Of a stretch of 63,780 nucleotides of DNA, positions 8,750 through 18,744 are shown in pieces. Origin of the DNA: Candidatus Solincola quzhuomuensis. Its GTDB lineage: Bacteria > Actinomycetota > Geothermincolia > Geothermincolales > RBG-13-55-18. The DNA lies in assembly GCA_015711855.1 (NCBI GenBank), contig JACVJF010000003.1, positions 1 to 63,780 of the forward strand, written 5' to 3'. A program made the translations under genes and the position numbers. Numbering within the stretch: position 1 is the stretch's first letter; each line of letters begins with the position of its first letter. Below the pieces are notes generated by a model. The model saw only the letters and a program-made list of their open reading frames with translations, was not told the origin of the DNA and ran no database searches.

Positions 8750-10402
8750 ATGTTCTCTTGGCGGCAGCGAGAGGAAAACATCGCCAGATGTCAGGCCGAG
8801 GTGTTCGACGTCCTCATCATCGGGGGCGGCATCACCGGGGCCTGTGCGGCCAGGGACGCCGCCCGAAGAGGCCTCTCCGCGGTTATCCTGGAGAAGAACG
8901 ATTGGGCTTTCGGCACCAGCTCCCGGTCATCCAAATTGGTCCACGGGGGACTGAGGTACCTGGAGCTCTTCGATTTCAAGCTCGTCTTCGAGGCCTGCCG
9001 GGAGAGGAGGCGTCTCCTCCGCAACGCCCCCCACGTGGTCTGGCCGCAGTCCTTCATCTTCCCCGTCTATAAAGGGGACAAGAACCCGCTTTTCGTCATC
9101 GCCATGGGACTGTGGCTCTACGACATCCTGGCTCTCTTCCGCAACGTGCAGAACCACCAGCTCCACGGTTCCCGTCGCATACTGGAAGTGGAGCCCGAAC
9201 TGGACCGGGAACGGCTCAAGGGAGGGGGCCAGTTCTACGACTGCGCCACCGACGACGCCCGCTTGACCCTCTCCCACGTGCAGTCCGCACATCTGGAGGG
9301 AGCATGCTGCCTGAGCTACACCAAGGTGGTGGACTTCCTGCGCCGGAACGACAAGGTCTGTGGGGTGAGGGCCAGGGACGAGATCGGGGGCAAGGAGTTC
9401 GACATCGAGGCCCGGGTCGTGTTGAACTGCACCGGACCCTGGACGGACCACATATGCCGCCTTGATGACCCCCACGCCGCCCCCAAGCTCCGCCCCACCA
9501 AGGGCTCCCACGTTGTCGTCCCCTGGAAGAGGGTAAAGGCCTACAACGCCATGCCCATACTCTCACCGCGCGATCAGCGCATGCTCTTCGTCGTTCCCTG
9601 GAGGGACTTCGCCCTCATCGGGACCACGGACACCGACTACGACGGCGACTACGACGCCGTCCGCGCCTCCCGAGAGGACGTGGACTACATACTGGAAGCG
9701 GCCAACCGCGCTCTTCCCCGTGCCCGCCTCGACTACGACGACGTGCTCAGCACTTATGCGGGGTTGCGCCCTTTGGTCCTGGAGGGCGGGGGTAAAGACG
9801 TCAAGGAATCACAGGTCTCGCGGGAGCATTCCATCTACGAGAGCCACTCCGGGCTCATCTCCATCGCCGGGGGCAAGCTGACCACGGCACGCTCCATGGC
9901 CGAGGAACTCGTGGACCTGGCCGTCCGCCGCCTGGCGGAAAGGCACGGGCTGCGCGGATTCTCCAGGTGCACCACAAAGGACGCTCCCGTCTTCGGTAAG
10001 GACGGGAAGGACTTTTCCAAGAGGCTGGAAAGGCTTGCCAGGGAAGTGCGACTGGAAGACGACGTCATCGCCAAACTCCAGCTTCTGGGAACCGGTGCCG
10101 TGCGCGTATTGGGTATGCTGTCCGAGGACCCCTCCCTGTCGCGCAGGCTGGGCGAGGGCATTCCCTACATCGAGGCGGAGGTGGTCTATTCCGCCCGCGA
10201 GGAGATGGTCGTCAAGCTGAGCGATTTCATGGTCCGCCGCAGCTTCCTATTCTACGAGGACAGGGAACAGGGTCTGGGCTGCGTGGAGAGGGTCGCCGAA
10301 CTGCTGGGTCGCGAGCTGGGCTGGGACGAGGAGGAACGAAGGCGCCAGGTGGAAGAATATCGCCGGGTTGTGGAGATGTCCCGCGCTTACCGCGAGGAGT
10401 GA
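8750..10402 (+). CDS. glpD: FAD-dependent glycerol-3-phosphate dehydrogenase
   Basis: IIGGGITG, GTSSRSSKLVHGGLRYL, GLRPL and GGKLTT motifs. Confidence 0.9.
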   Translation: MFSWRQREENIARCQAEVFDVLIIGGGITGACAARDAARRGLSAVILEKNDWAFGTSSRSSKLVHGGLRYLELFDFKLVFEACRERRRLLRNAPHVVWPQSFIFPVYKGDKNPLFVIAMGLWLYDILALFRNVQNHQLHGSRRILEVEPELDRERLKGGGQFYDCATDDARLTLSHVQSAHLEGACCLSYTKVVDFLRRNDKVCGVRARDEIGGKEFDIEARVVLNCTGPWTDHICRLDDPHAAPKLRPTKGSHVVVPWKRVKAYNAMPILSPRDQRMLFVVPWRDFALIGTTDTDYDGDYDAVRASREDVDYILEAANRALPRARLDYDDVLSTYAGLRPLVLEGGGKDVKESQVSREHSIYESHSGLISIAGGKLTTARSMAEELVDLAVRRLAERHGLRGFSRCTTKDAPVFGKDGKDFSKRLERLAREVRLEDDVIAKLQLLGTGAVRVLGMLSEDPSLSRRLGEGIPYIEAEVVYSAREEMVVKLSDFMVRRSFLFYEDREQGLGCVERVAELLGRELGWDEEERRRQVEEYRRVVEMSRAYREE

Positions 10403-10597
10403 CTCTCTCCAACTCCTATATCAACCCCTAAAAGACCGGCCACCGAGAGGATCTCTGGGGCGGCGAGGAAAGTCCGCTGGAAGGATGTTACCTCGCGGGA
10501 GCGCGAGGAGTCGGTCACCTCGGAGCGCACGACCTCCAAACCTTCGGCCAAGAGGACCACGCCCGCGCGGAGGTAACCTGTGTCGGAGGAGGGACAG

Positions 10598-11305
10598 ATG
10601 GGATTCTGGGACGAGTTCGAGGGGGATTACGAGGGCCTGTTCGACAAGGATCCCATGTATTGGAAGGCCCTGGACATGATGGTGGAGCTGGCCGGCGACC
10701 TCTCCGGGAAACGATTACTGGACCTGGGCTGCGGGGCCGGTCTTTTCATCTCTCGCCTGGTCGAAATCTTCCCCGACGCCAAGCTCTACGGGGTGGATCC
10801 CTCGGAAAAGATGGTGCGGCGCTGCGAACTGCGGCTACGGGACAGGAAAAGGGTCTGTATCCTGCGGGGAACGGCGGTGAGCATACCCCTTCCCGACCAA
10901 TGCGTGGACGCCGTCTTCTCCAACCTGGCTCTGCACCACGTGCCGCCCGAAGAAAGGCCGAAATGCGCTCGGGAGATATGCCGGGTGCTGCTTCCCGGCG
11001 GACGGCTGTTTTACGCGGACATGTTCTGCGATGTCGAAGGGCCCCCCGAGGACCCGGAACGATGCCGGGACATCATAGTGAAAATGGTCGGAAAATCACT
11101 CTACGACCTGGAACATGGAGCCTACCGGACCATGCTCCTGCATCTGGGGGACATTCCCGCCGTCCTCAAGGAGGAAGGCGAATACTTCACCACACAATGG
11201 GTATGGCGAGAAGCCTTTCTTGAGGCCGGCCTGGAACGCCTGGAGGTCATCCCTGTGCCTCCTGAGGAATTCGGGTACCGTATAATGACCGGCTTCAAAA
11301 CCTAA
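10598..11305 (+). CDS. Class I SAM-dependent methyltransferase
   Basis: LLDLGCGAG motif I, GVDPS, ALHHV; start at ATG 10598 after GGAGGAGG. Confidence 0.85.
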   Translation: MGFWDEFEGDYEGLFDKDPMYWKALDMMVELAGDLSGKRLLDLGCGAGLFISRLVEIFPDAKLYGVDPSEKMVRRCELRLRDRKRVCILRGTAVSIPLPDQCVDAVFSNLALHHVPPEERPKCAREICRVLLPGGRLFYADMFCDVEGPPEDPERCRDIIVKMVGKSLYDLEHGAYRTMLLHLGDIPAVLKEEGEYFTTQWVWREAFLEAGLERLEVIPVPPEEFGYRIMTGFKT

Positions 11306-11484
11306 ATCCCACAAGGGCTTGGTTGCCGAAAGCCGAAACCTGCGGCTTCACCGAGACACAAAAGGAGGAGTTTTACCCGGGAAGGGTATCGCTCCCCGGG
11401 CAGAAGCGGACGGTGAGGATAGACATCGCGGCGAAACGAAGAGTTTAAGCGAACCTGTGAGAACCCAGAAAGAGGAGGTGGGAA

Positions 11485-12294
11485 TTGGGAGGTTTCGACT
11501 GTCGGGGTTTCCTGGATGAAAGGCTCAGATGGGTTGCCGCCCATAAACCGTTGGTGCACCATATCACCAATTACGTGGTAAAGAACGAGACGGCCAACGT
11601 CACCTTGTGCCTGGGAGCCCTTCCGGTGATGGCCCATGCCGTGGAGGAGGTGGAGGAGATGGCCACCCAGGCGGGATCCTTGGTCATCAACATGGGGACT
11701 CCCTACCCGGACCTGGAGAGGGCCATGCTGGCAGCCGGGAGGGCCGCCAACCGTGCCGGCGTGCCGGTGGTCTTCGACCCCGTTGGGGCAGGGGCCACAT
11801 CCTATCGCACCCGCCTGGCTCGGGAGTTGGTGGAGGAAGTCCGCTTCGCCGTGGTGAGGGGCAACGCTGCGGAGATGGCCGTCCTGGCGGGTATGGATGC
11901 CGAAATAAAAGGCGTGGAGGCCATATCCTCCGGGGAGGACGCAGAGGTGGTGGCCCGATGTGCCGCCTCCCGGTTGGAATGCGTGGCCGCCGTCACCGGA
12001 GAGGTGGACGTGATCAGCGACGGCACTCGTGTCCTTCGGGTGCGCAACGGTCATCCCCTGCTCACCAAGGTCACCGGCACGGGTTGCATGGCCACGACGA
12101 CCATAGCCGTACTCGTGGCGGCGGGCGAACCATTCCTGGAGGCCGCGGCATCCGCCTTGGCCCTATTCGGCCTGGCGGGGGAGAGGGCGGCGCAGACCTC
12201 CGGCGAGAGGCCCGGCTCCTTCCACGTGGAGCTCTACAACGCCCTATACGAGCTGAGTAAGGGCCTGGACCTGGATGGCCTGCTCGTTTCCTGA
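11485..12294 (+). CDS. thiM: Hydroxyethylthiazole kinase
   Basis: PLVHHITNYV, TANVTLxLGAxPVMA, DPVGAGAT, RGNAAE, VTGTGCM. Confidence 0.92.
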   Translation: MGGFDCRGFLDERLRWVAAHKPLVHHITNYVVKNETANVTLCLGALPVMAHAVEEVEEMATQAGSLVINMGTPYPDLERAMLAAGRAANRAGVPVVFDPVGAGATSYRTRLARELVEEVRFAVVRGNAAEMAVLAGMDAEIKGVEAISSGEDAEVVARCAASRLECVAAVTGEVDVISDGTRVLRVRNGHPLLTKVTGTGCMATTTIAVLVAAGEPFLEAAASALALFGLAGERAAQTSGERPGSFHVELYNALYELSKGLDLDGLLVS

Positions 12295-12348
12295 GCGCGG
12301 AAGTCCGGTCCCTCGGCGGGACGGGAACGGCAAGTCTGGAGGGAGGAA

Positions 12349-13131
12349 ATGGAAAGATGGCAAGAAGTGGGGGTGTCGCTAGAGAAGTTCTTGAGGGTTT
12401 CCACCTTTCCGGTGGCCGTGCGTTTCCTCGAAAGAGGTGAGGAGACTCCGGAAAAGGTGCGCTTACCGGTACAGGAGGCCGGGGAGCCCATGGCCCTGTG
12501 CCAAGCGATCACTTTCACCCGGAGGCGGGGACTCACCATGTGCTTGGACCGGGATCAATCCTCCTGTCCCCTGGCCGTCTCCGCCTTGGGTTGGGACGAC
12601 GGCGAGGGGCTGGACTTCCTTCCCGCCTTTCTTCTGGCCATGAACTATGCCCGTGACGAAGAGTCCGCCCGCCTTAGAGCGGAGGGGATGGCTCGCCTGG
12701 AGAAAGGCAGGTACGGCCGCATCGTCCTGTCGCCGCTGACCCGCACCAAGGTGGAACCGCATCTGATAATGGTCTTCGGCAATCCCGCCCAGATTATGCG
12801 CCTGGTCCAGGCGACGAGCAGGTGGACCGGGAAGAGGGTGGACGCAGGCTTCGGGGGAATCGGCGGTTCATGCAACGAGGGCCTGGTGCGCACGTTTCTC
12901 GAAGACCGGCCCCGGGTGGCCCTTCCCGGCAACGGGGACCGGGTCTTCGCCGCCACCCAGGACGACGAGCTGGTCTTCTGTTTTCCGGCCTCCTGGGCCG
13001 AAAGGGTGGTGGAGGGGCTGGAGGCCACCAGCCGGCGGGGCATCCGCTATCCCATTCCCACCTTCATCAACTACCGGCTCCCCTTCGTGGAACTCATGGC
13101 CAGGTTCGGGAACACGGGAGGTGGGGCCTAA
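12349..13131 (+). CDS. DUF169-family protein
   Basis: PVAVRF...CQA...R...SSCP...LG and GxGDRxFAxxQDDELxF pattern. Confidence 0.75.
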   Translation: MERWQEVGVSLEKFLRVSTFPVAVRFLERGEETPEKVRLPVQEAGEPMALCQAITFTRRRGLTMCLDRDQSSCPLAVSALGWDDGEGLDFLPAFLLAMNYARDEESARLRAEGMARLEKGRYGRIVLSPLTRTKVEPHLIMVFGNPAQIMRLVQATSRWTGKRVDAGFGGIGGSCNEGLVRTFLEDRPRVALPGNGDRVFAATQDDELVFCFPASWAERVVEGLEATSRRGIRYPIPTFINYRLPFVELMARFGNTGGGA

Positions 13132-13302
13132 CCCGCTTGCCCCTATCCGCCCCTCGAGGAGCGGCAACGCCGGATACGGGAACGTAGAGATGGAGGACTG
13201 GCCCCACGCATATAAATCGCGACCCATGATGTCTATGCCCATCATCCGGGCCAGGAATTGAAGGACGCTCGACGAACCGGGTCCGATATATCTTCAGGGA
13301 AG

Positions 13303-14391
13303 TCAGCCTCCCCTGGCGATAACCCCCCCACCCAGGACCTCGTCGTCGTCGTAGACCACCGCATGCTGGCCGGGGGTTATGGCCCACACCCTCTTCTCGA
13401 AGAAGAGGCTGAAACCATCCCCGGCCACCGTGACCCGACAGGGGGCGGGAGGCGAGTTGTAGCGCACCATGGCCCGGGCCCAGAATTCCCTCCCGGGAGG
13501 CTCGCCGCGCACCCAGGAGGCGTTCTCCGCCTCCAGATACGTTCCGGGGACCTCCTCACGCTCTCCCAGGACCACCGCTTTGTTCTCCGCCTCAAGCCTC
13601 ACCACGTAAAGGGGGCGGGAGGAGGAGACCCTCAGTCCCCGGCGCTGACCCACGGTATAGAAGGCCAGGCCCTCGTGTTCCCCGAGGAGGTTTTTTTTCG
13701 TGTCCAGGATGGGCCCGGGATCGAGGCACTGGGGACAGTTCAGGGCCAGGAAATCGCGGTAGTTCCACCCGGCCAGGAAGCATATGTCCTGGCTCTCGGG
13801 CATATCCACCAAGTGGATCCCCAGGGAGGCCACCCTGGCCAGGACCTCCTCCTTGGTGGCCGTCCCGTTGGGGAAGAGGCAGCGGGACAGCTCCTCCTGC
13901 CCCAGACGGTAGAGGACGTACGACTGATCCTTCTTCCCGTCGATCCCCCGCAGGAGGGAAAAGGTGCCATCCGGGTTCTCCCTCACCCGTACGTAGTGGC
14001 CGGTGGCCACCCACCGCGCCCCTTCCTCTTGGGCCGCCCGAAGAAGTGCGGGGAATTTAACCTGTCGGTTGCATTCCACACAGGGATTGGGAGTTCTAGC
14101 CCTAAGGTATTCCGCGGCGAAGGGCTCCACTACCAGCCTGCGGAACTCCTCCCGGAGGTCGATCACCCGATGCTTTATACCCAGGGCGGCGGCCGCCCTG
14201 CGGGCCAATTCCGCCTGCCCGATGTCCGCCTCCGAAAGGGGGTCGTCGGTGGCCGCTGCGCCGTGCCCGAAGACGAAGGTGACTCCCTTTACCCGGAAAC
14301 CCTCCTCGAGCAGAGCCAGGGCGGCGGCGGCGGAATCCACGCCTCCGCTCATGGCCACCAGCACCAGCTCCCCTTTCCTCCCGCTTTTCAT
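13303..14391 (-). CDS. mnmA: tRNA 2-thiouridine(34) synthase
   Basis: AMSGGVDS, PNPCVECN, ATGHY, KDQSY, ESQDICF, ITPGQ; start placed at ATG 14391. Confidence 0.95.
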   Translation of the reverse strand: MKSGRKGELVLVAMSGGVDSAAAALALLEEGFRVKGVTFVFGHGAAATDDPLSEADIGQAELARRAAAALGIKHRVIDLREEFRRLVVEPFAAEYLRARTPNPCVECNRQVKFPALLRAAQEEGARWVATGHYVRVRENPDGTFSLLRGIDGKKDQSYVLYRLGQEELSRCLFPNGTATKEEVLARVASLGIHLVDMPESQDICFLAGWNYRDFLALNCPQCLDPGPILDTKKNLLGEHEGLAFYTVGQRRGLRVSSSRPLYVVRLEAENKAVVLGEREEVPGTYLEAENASWVRGEPPGREFWARAMVRYNSPPAPCRVTVAGDGFSLFFEKRVWAITPGQHAVVYDDDEVLGGGVIARGG

Positions 14392-14494
14392 AGTCCCACG
14401 CTTCGCGTCGACCGCGGCCCGCACAGACCCGCACCCGCGGTCTGCGCAAACTCTCCTTGACAGGCATCCTGCACCTTTATATTATTTCACATAT

Positions 14495-14513
14495 TATTTG
14501 TCATAACCAAATA
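14495..14513. promoter_or_regulatory. Candidate MarR operator TATTTG-N7-CAAATA
   Basis: Inverted repeat in an AT-rich tract immediately upstream of the MarR start. Confidence 0.5.
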
Positions 14514-14519
14514 TTAGGG

Positions 14520-14972
14520 ATGTCAAAGATGGAGGAACGGGAACTTGACCGGTTGACCCAAGAGTTCCTGGAGCTCATGATCCAGGTGAGTTCCCGCTTC
14601 CGTGAGGAGCGGCGTTGGAAGGCGGGGATGGACCTCTCCGTGCCCCAGATGATCCTGCTCCTCATACTTCACCGGCACGGACCCTGCAAAGCCGGGGACC
14701 TGGCCCGCGAACTGCGCGTGACCCAGGGTGTGGTGACGCGCATGGTGGACCGACTTCTGGAGAAGGGGCTGGTCTCCCGCAGCCGCCTCCCCGACGACCG
14801 CCGGATGGTCCTGCTATCCCTGACGCCGCAGGGTAAGCGGCTGGCCACGCGGTTGGAGAGGCAGCATGCCCAGGATATAAAGGGATTCCTGCGCAGTATC
14901 CCGGCTCAGGAACGGCGCGACCTGTTGGACATTTTCAAGAGGATAAAGAATTATTTGGAAAGCACCGCGTGA
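14520..14972 (+). CDS. MarR-family transcriptional regulator
   Basis: LSVPQM...GDLARELRVTQGVVTRMVDRLLEKGLVSR...DRR...LTPQG winged helix. Confidence 0.9.
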   Translation: MSKMEERELDRLTQEFLELMIQVSSRFREERRWKAGMDLSVPQMILLLILHRHGPCKAGDLARELRVTQGVVTRMVDRLLEKGLVSRSRLPDDRRMVLLSLTPQGKRLATRLERQHAQDIKGFLRSIPAQERRDLLDIFKRIKNYLESTA

Positions 14973-15059
14973 CCGAAAGAGCACTGAAAACCGCGCCAAG
15001 CGCGGCGAGGAGGAACCACAAACGCCAAAAGGAGCTTTAGTGAAAGGGGAAAGAGGAGG

Positions 15060-17459
15060 ATGATAGAGAAGGTCTTTCGCGGCCTGGCCGTCCAGAGCGA
15101 GAAAAGACCCGTGCTGGTCATCCTTATCATCCTGGCCGTGACCGTGCTGGCCGTGGCGGGCATGGGCCGCATGAAGTCGGAGTACAGTTACAAGGCCATG
15201 CTCCCCAAGGACCTGGAATCGGTGCGCACGCTGGAAGAAGCCGAGGATCTCTTTGGGGGCACCAATGAGGAACAAGTGATGCTTGAGGGAGACGTCCTGC
15301 GAGGAGAGGTACTGCGAAGGGTCGTGGGATACAAGTCCTTCATGCGCGAGAAGTCCGACGTATGGGAGACCTTCGCCACCGACATCATCACCCCCATGGA
15401 CGGGATGACCTACTTCACCGACGTGGGCGGGGGCAACTACCAGCCCACGGACCAGCTCCTCCTCGATAGGTTAGGAGACCTTAACGACGAGCAGCTGACA
15501 TCCCAGGTGAAGCTGAACATCGAAGCCGCGGCGCAGAGGGCCAAGGCCCTGGGCTTGCCGGGGTCTGGCATCCGGGGCATCTCCCAGGATCAGACGGCCA
15601 TGCTCATCACCGCCAGGGTCAACCCCGCAATAGACACCATGGAGCAGATCAAGCTTGTCGAGCCCTTCGAGAATTACACCCGAGAATATTTCGGGGATCT
15701 TTCGGATATAAAACTGTACATCAGCGGAAACGCCTCCCTGAGCCGCGACGCCAACCAGCGGACCATGAAAGAGACTCGGCTTCTCTTCAGTATCGCCCTC
15801 GCCTTCATCCTGCTGGTTCTCTTCCTGACCTTCCGTCGCCTCTCCGACGTGCTGCTCACCATCACGGTCATCATAGTGACCATAATCTGGGTCATGGGCC
15901 TTTCCGGCTGGGTGGGCTTCCCCTTCACCTACCAGAGCACGGGCATCATGCCTCTACTCATGGGAATAGACATCGCCTACGCCATCCACGTCATGTCCCG
16001 TTACTACGAGGAACGCCGCTTTGGCAACGACCCTTACGCCTCCTCCACCCGAGCCGTCGTTACCACCGGGGTGGCCGTCTTCCTCACCGCGGCCACCACC
16101 GCCTTCGGATTCGCCTCCTTCTCCATCTCCGACATGCCCCCCATCGTGCAGTTCGGCATCCTCTGCGTCGCTGGAGTAATGTTCAGCTTCCTTCTGGCGG
16201 TGACCCTTCTCCCCGCGGCCATCGTGCTGCGCGACCGCAGCCCTCGAGCCCAGGAGAAATGGGCGCGCAAGAACCGGGGACGGGTGGAGAAAGCCGGGGA
16301 AACCCTCCTGGACAGGACCCTGGCCCAGATCGCCGTCCTCTCCGAGCATCACCGGCTGACGGTGGGCATCGTCACCCTGCTCATCCTGGCCGCCTGCGTG
16401 GTCCTGTCCTTCAACATCTCCACCGAGGCGGACCTGTCCAAGATGATGGGCTCCGACACCCCGTCCATGCGGGCCTCGGAGCTCATAAACCGTTACTTCG
16501 GGGGGCAGAACGTAGGCTACGCCCTGGTCAAGGGGGACATCCTTCAGCCGGAGAACCTGGAGGCCATGCTCCGTTACGAGGACCGCATATCCTCTTCCGG
16601 CCTTTACGACGAGCACGGCGACCCGCTCATCGAACGCGGCCGGGTCATAAGCATCGCCGACGTGGTGCGCGGCGCCGGGCAGGGGACCATCCCCTCCACC
16701 AAGCAGGAGGTGGTCTCCATGCTCATGAAGATGCGGAACGGCAGCGGGGGCTCGGGGATGCCCCTGATCAGCGAGGACGGACAGACGGCCATAATCAGCG
16801 TCCGCGTGTCCCGAGGATCCCAGAGCGATATGGAAAACATAGCCAGGATAATGCGGGAAGCGGGCCGGGAGGTCACCGCGGATAATCCTTCCCTCCGGAT
16901 GACCTACAGCGGCCTCCCCGTCCTCATGAGCGACCTTTTGGCCTCCATCGTACCCACCCAGCTCAAGACCTCCGGGCTAGCCCTGCTCCTCTGCGCCCTC
17001 ATAGTCATGCTGGTGTTCAGATCCGTGTTCCTGGGGTTGGCCGCCACCAGCGTGGTCTTCCTGGGCATCGCTCTGGAGATCGGGGCCCTGGCGGTCCTGG
17101 GCTGGTCCCTGGACTTCATGACCGTGATGATCTCCTCCCTGGTCATCGGGGCGGGCATCGACTTCGGCATCCACGTCACCCATCGCTTCCGCGAGGAATG
17201 GTGCGCCGGGGTGGAAGTGGACGAGGCCATCCGCAGGACGGTAGGCCACGTGGGGAAGGCGCTCCTGGCCGCGGCGGTGACCACCGCCGGGGCCTTCACC
17301 ATCATCGCCCTGAGCGACATGCCCCCTCTGAGGAGGTTCGGTGGGATCACCGCCCTGTCCCTCGCCTTTGCCCTCATGGCCTCCCTCCTGGTCCTACCCT
17401 CCATCCTGGCCTGGTACGCCGGGTGGATGGAGAGGCGCAACAGGGGATGCCGGGCCTGA
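15060..17459 (+). CDS. MMPL/RND-family transporter
   Basis: 799 aa with two repeats of one TM + loop + five TMs; GIDIAYAIHV and GIDFGIHV motifs. Confidence 0.85.
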   Translation: MIEKVFRGLAVQSEKRPVLVILIILAVTVLAVAGMGRMKSEYSYKAMLPKDLESVRTLEEAEDLFGGTNEEQVMLEGDVLRGEVLRRVVGYKSFMREKSDVWETFATDIITPMDGMTYFTDVGGGNYQPTDQLLLDRLGDLNDEQLTSQVKLNIEAAAQRAKALGLPGSGIRGISQDQTAMLITARVNPAIDTMEQIKLVEPFENYTREYFGDLSDIKLYISGNASLSRDANQRTMKETRLLFSIALAFILLVLFLTFRRLSDVLLTITVIIVTIIWVMGLSGWVGFPFTYQSTGIMPLLMGIDIAYAIHVMSRYYEERRFGNDPYASSTRAVVTTGVAVFLTAATTAFGFASFSISDMPPIVQFGILCVAGVMFSFLLAVTLLPAAIVLRDRSPRAQEKWARKNRGRVEKAGETLLDRTLAQIAVLSEHHRLTVGIVTLLILAACVVLSFNISTEADLSKMMGSDTPSMRASELINRYFGGQNVGYALVKGDILQPENLEAMLRYEDRISSSGLYDEHGDPLIERGRVISIADVVRGAGQGTIPSTKQEVVSMLMKMRNGSGGSGMPLISEDGQTAIISVRVSRGSQSDMENIARIMREAGREVTADNPSLRMTYSGLPVLMSDLLASIVPTQLKTSGLALLLCALIVMLVFRSVFLGLAATSVVFLGIALEIGALAVLGWSLDFMTVMISSLVIGAGIDFGIHVTHRFREEWCAGVEVDEAIRRTVGHVGKALLAAAVTTAGAFTIIALSDMPPLRRFGGITALSLAFALMASLLVLPSILAWYAGWMERRNRGCRA

Positions 17460-17546
17460 AGGAGGTCCGGAAGGCCGAGACCTTCCAATTAAGGTGCGTG
17501 AGGCCGGGAGGCGGGGACCTCCTCCTCCCTTCCAAGCCGGGAAAGA

Positions 17547-18512
17547 TTAGGGGGCCGGAATCTTCTCTCCCTGGGCACGGAGCACCGGCTCCCTTCCCCG
17601 TCGTCCCCCCACCTGAGCTTTGCTCTCCTCGCCCTTGCGCAGGGATAGAATGACCGCACCCCCGATGATAAAGACGAAGGACCCCAAGCGCAGAAGGAAC
17701 ATGCCCACCGAGGAGGGCATGGGCTCGTGCATGGCCACGATGCCCACGATTATGGGAATGAGGTTGGACATCCCGGTGGTGATGGGAACCACCACGATGG
17801 CCTTACCCCGCTGCATGGCCATCTGGTCGAGAATCAGGGTGACGAAGGGCAAGAAGAACACCAGCCATATAAAAGGGGAGGCCAGGGCGTGGCGAAAACC
17901 GTGCAGCCAGAAGCGGCTCCCGAAATCGTTCCAAGCCAGCTTGATGAGCACCGCGGTAATCCCCACCAGGACACCCGAGGCCACGGCGATTAGGTTGGGG
18001 GCCTGCTCCCCTTTCTTGGTGATGCCGTTGAAAAGGCTCACTCCGGCGACGACGAAGAAGAAAACGACGAAAAACCAGAGCACCACCGGGTTGTAGCTGA
18101 AAGCTCTGGAGGGAACCCCTATGAGGCTCCTCCCCAACATGAAGAGGCCCACCACGATGGTCCCGATACCCAGCCAATCAGAGACGGAGGGCCGCTCCCC
18201 GAGCTTGGTGATGGCCAACAAGGCCAGAACGGCTATCCCGGCCGTGTTGATGGGCTGGACCACCGACAGGGGGGCCAGGCCCACGGCGATGCCCTTTATG
18301 AAGGTCCCCGCGAACTGCAGCCCTTGGGCCTCCAGCCATGGGCGGCAGGTGAGGAAGGCCTTGGCCGTCTGCAGCGGCTTCTGAGAGCCGATAAGGGGGA
18401 GCCTGTCCAACTCCCTCTTCTGCATGTAACCGCTGTAATTGATCATGGTGGTGGCCACCATGGCCAGGATGACCGCAAGGACTAGTATGTTCCCACCTCC
18501 CCGGTTTTCCAC
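17547..18512 (-). CDS. DMT/EamA-like (NIPA-like) membrane transporter
   Basis: About 9 TM segments, GLAPLSVVQP motif, ERPSxxDWLG; start uncertain. Confidence 0.65.
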   Translation of the reverse strand: MENRGGGNILVLAVILAMVATTMINYSGYMQKRELDRLPLIGSQKPLQTAKAFLTCRPWLEAQGLQFAGTFIKGIAVGLAPLSVVQPINTAGIAVLALLAITKLGERPSVSDWLGIGTIVVGLFMLGRSLIGVPSRAFSYNPVVLWFFVVFFFVVAGVSLFNGITKKGEQAPNLIAVASGVLVGITAVLIKLAWNDFGSRFWLHGFRHALASPFIWLVFFLPFVTLILDQMAMQRGKAIVVVPITTGMSNLIPIIVGIVAMHEPMPSSVGMFLLRLGSFVFIIGGAVILSLRKGEESKAQVGGRRGREPVLRAQGEKIPAP

Positions 18513-18587
18513 CTATTATACACACCGCCGGGAACCGCACGGGACCGCTTGCAGGTACTGCCGACCAGCCTTTGAAGTTCGTCGTGC

Positions 18588-18596
18588 TGGTATAAT
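18588..18596 (+). promoter_or_regulatory. Extended -10 promoter (TGnTATAAT) for the tRNA
   Basis: TGGTATAAT ending 13 nt before the tRNA 5' end. Confidence 0.55.
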
Positions 18597-18609
18597 CTAA
18601 CCTGTAAGG

Positions 18610-18684
18610 GCCGGTGTAGCTCAATGGTAGAGCGTCCGCCTTGTAAGCGGTTGGTTGGAGGTTCGATTCCTCTCACCGGCTCCA
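18610..18684 (+). tRNA. tRNA-Thr (anticodon UGU)
   Basis: Acceptor stem GCCGGTG/CACCGGC, D-arm GCTCAATGGTAGAGC, anticodon loop CTTGTAA, GGTTCGATTCC T-arm, encoded CCA. Confidence 0.97.
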
Positions 18685-18744
18685 TTTTTCCGTGGAAAAC
18701 GCGGCGCATACGCTTTCTTGGAAATCGCCGTCAGGAGGCGACCC

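Noticed and set aside
10465-10476. GAGGAAAGTCC, identical to the RNase P RNA P4 motif
   Set aside because: No downstream rnpB elements or 3' P4 partner, and the gap is only 195 nt
18610-18744. tRNA-Thr as an integration site for an island
   Set aside because: No integrase and no duplicated tRNA 3' end seen in the window
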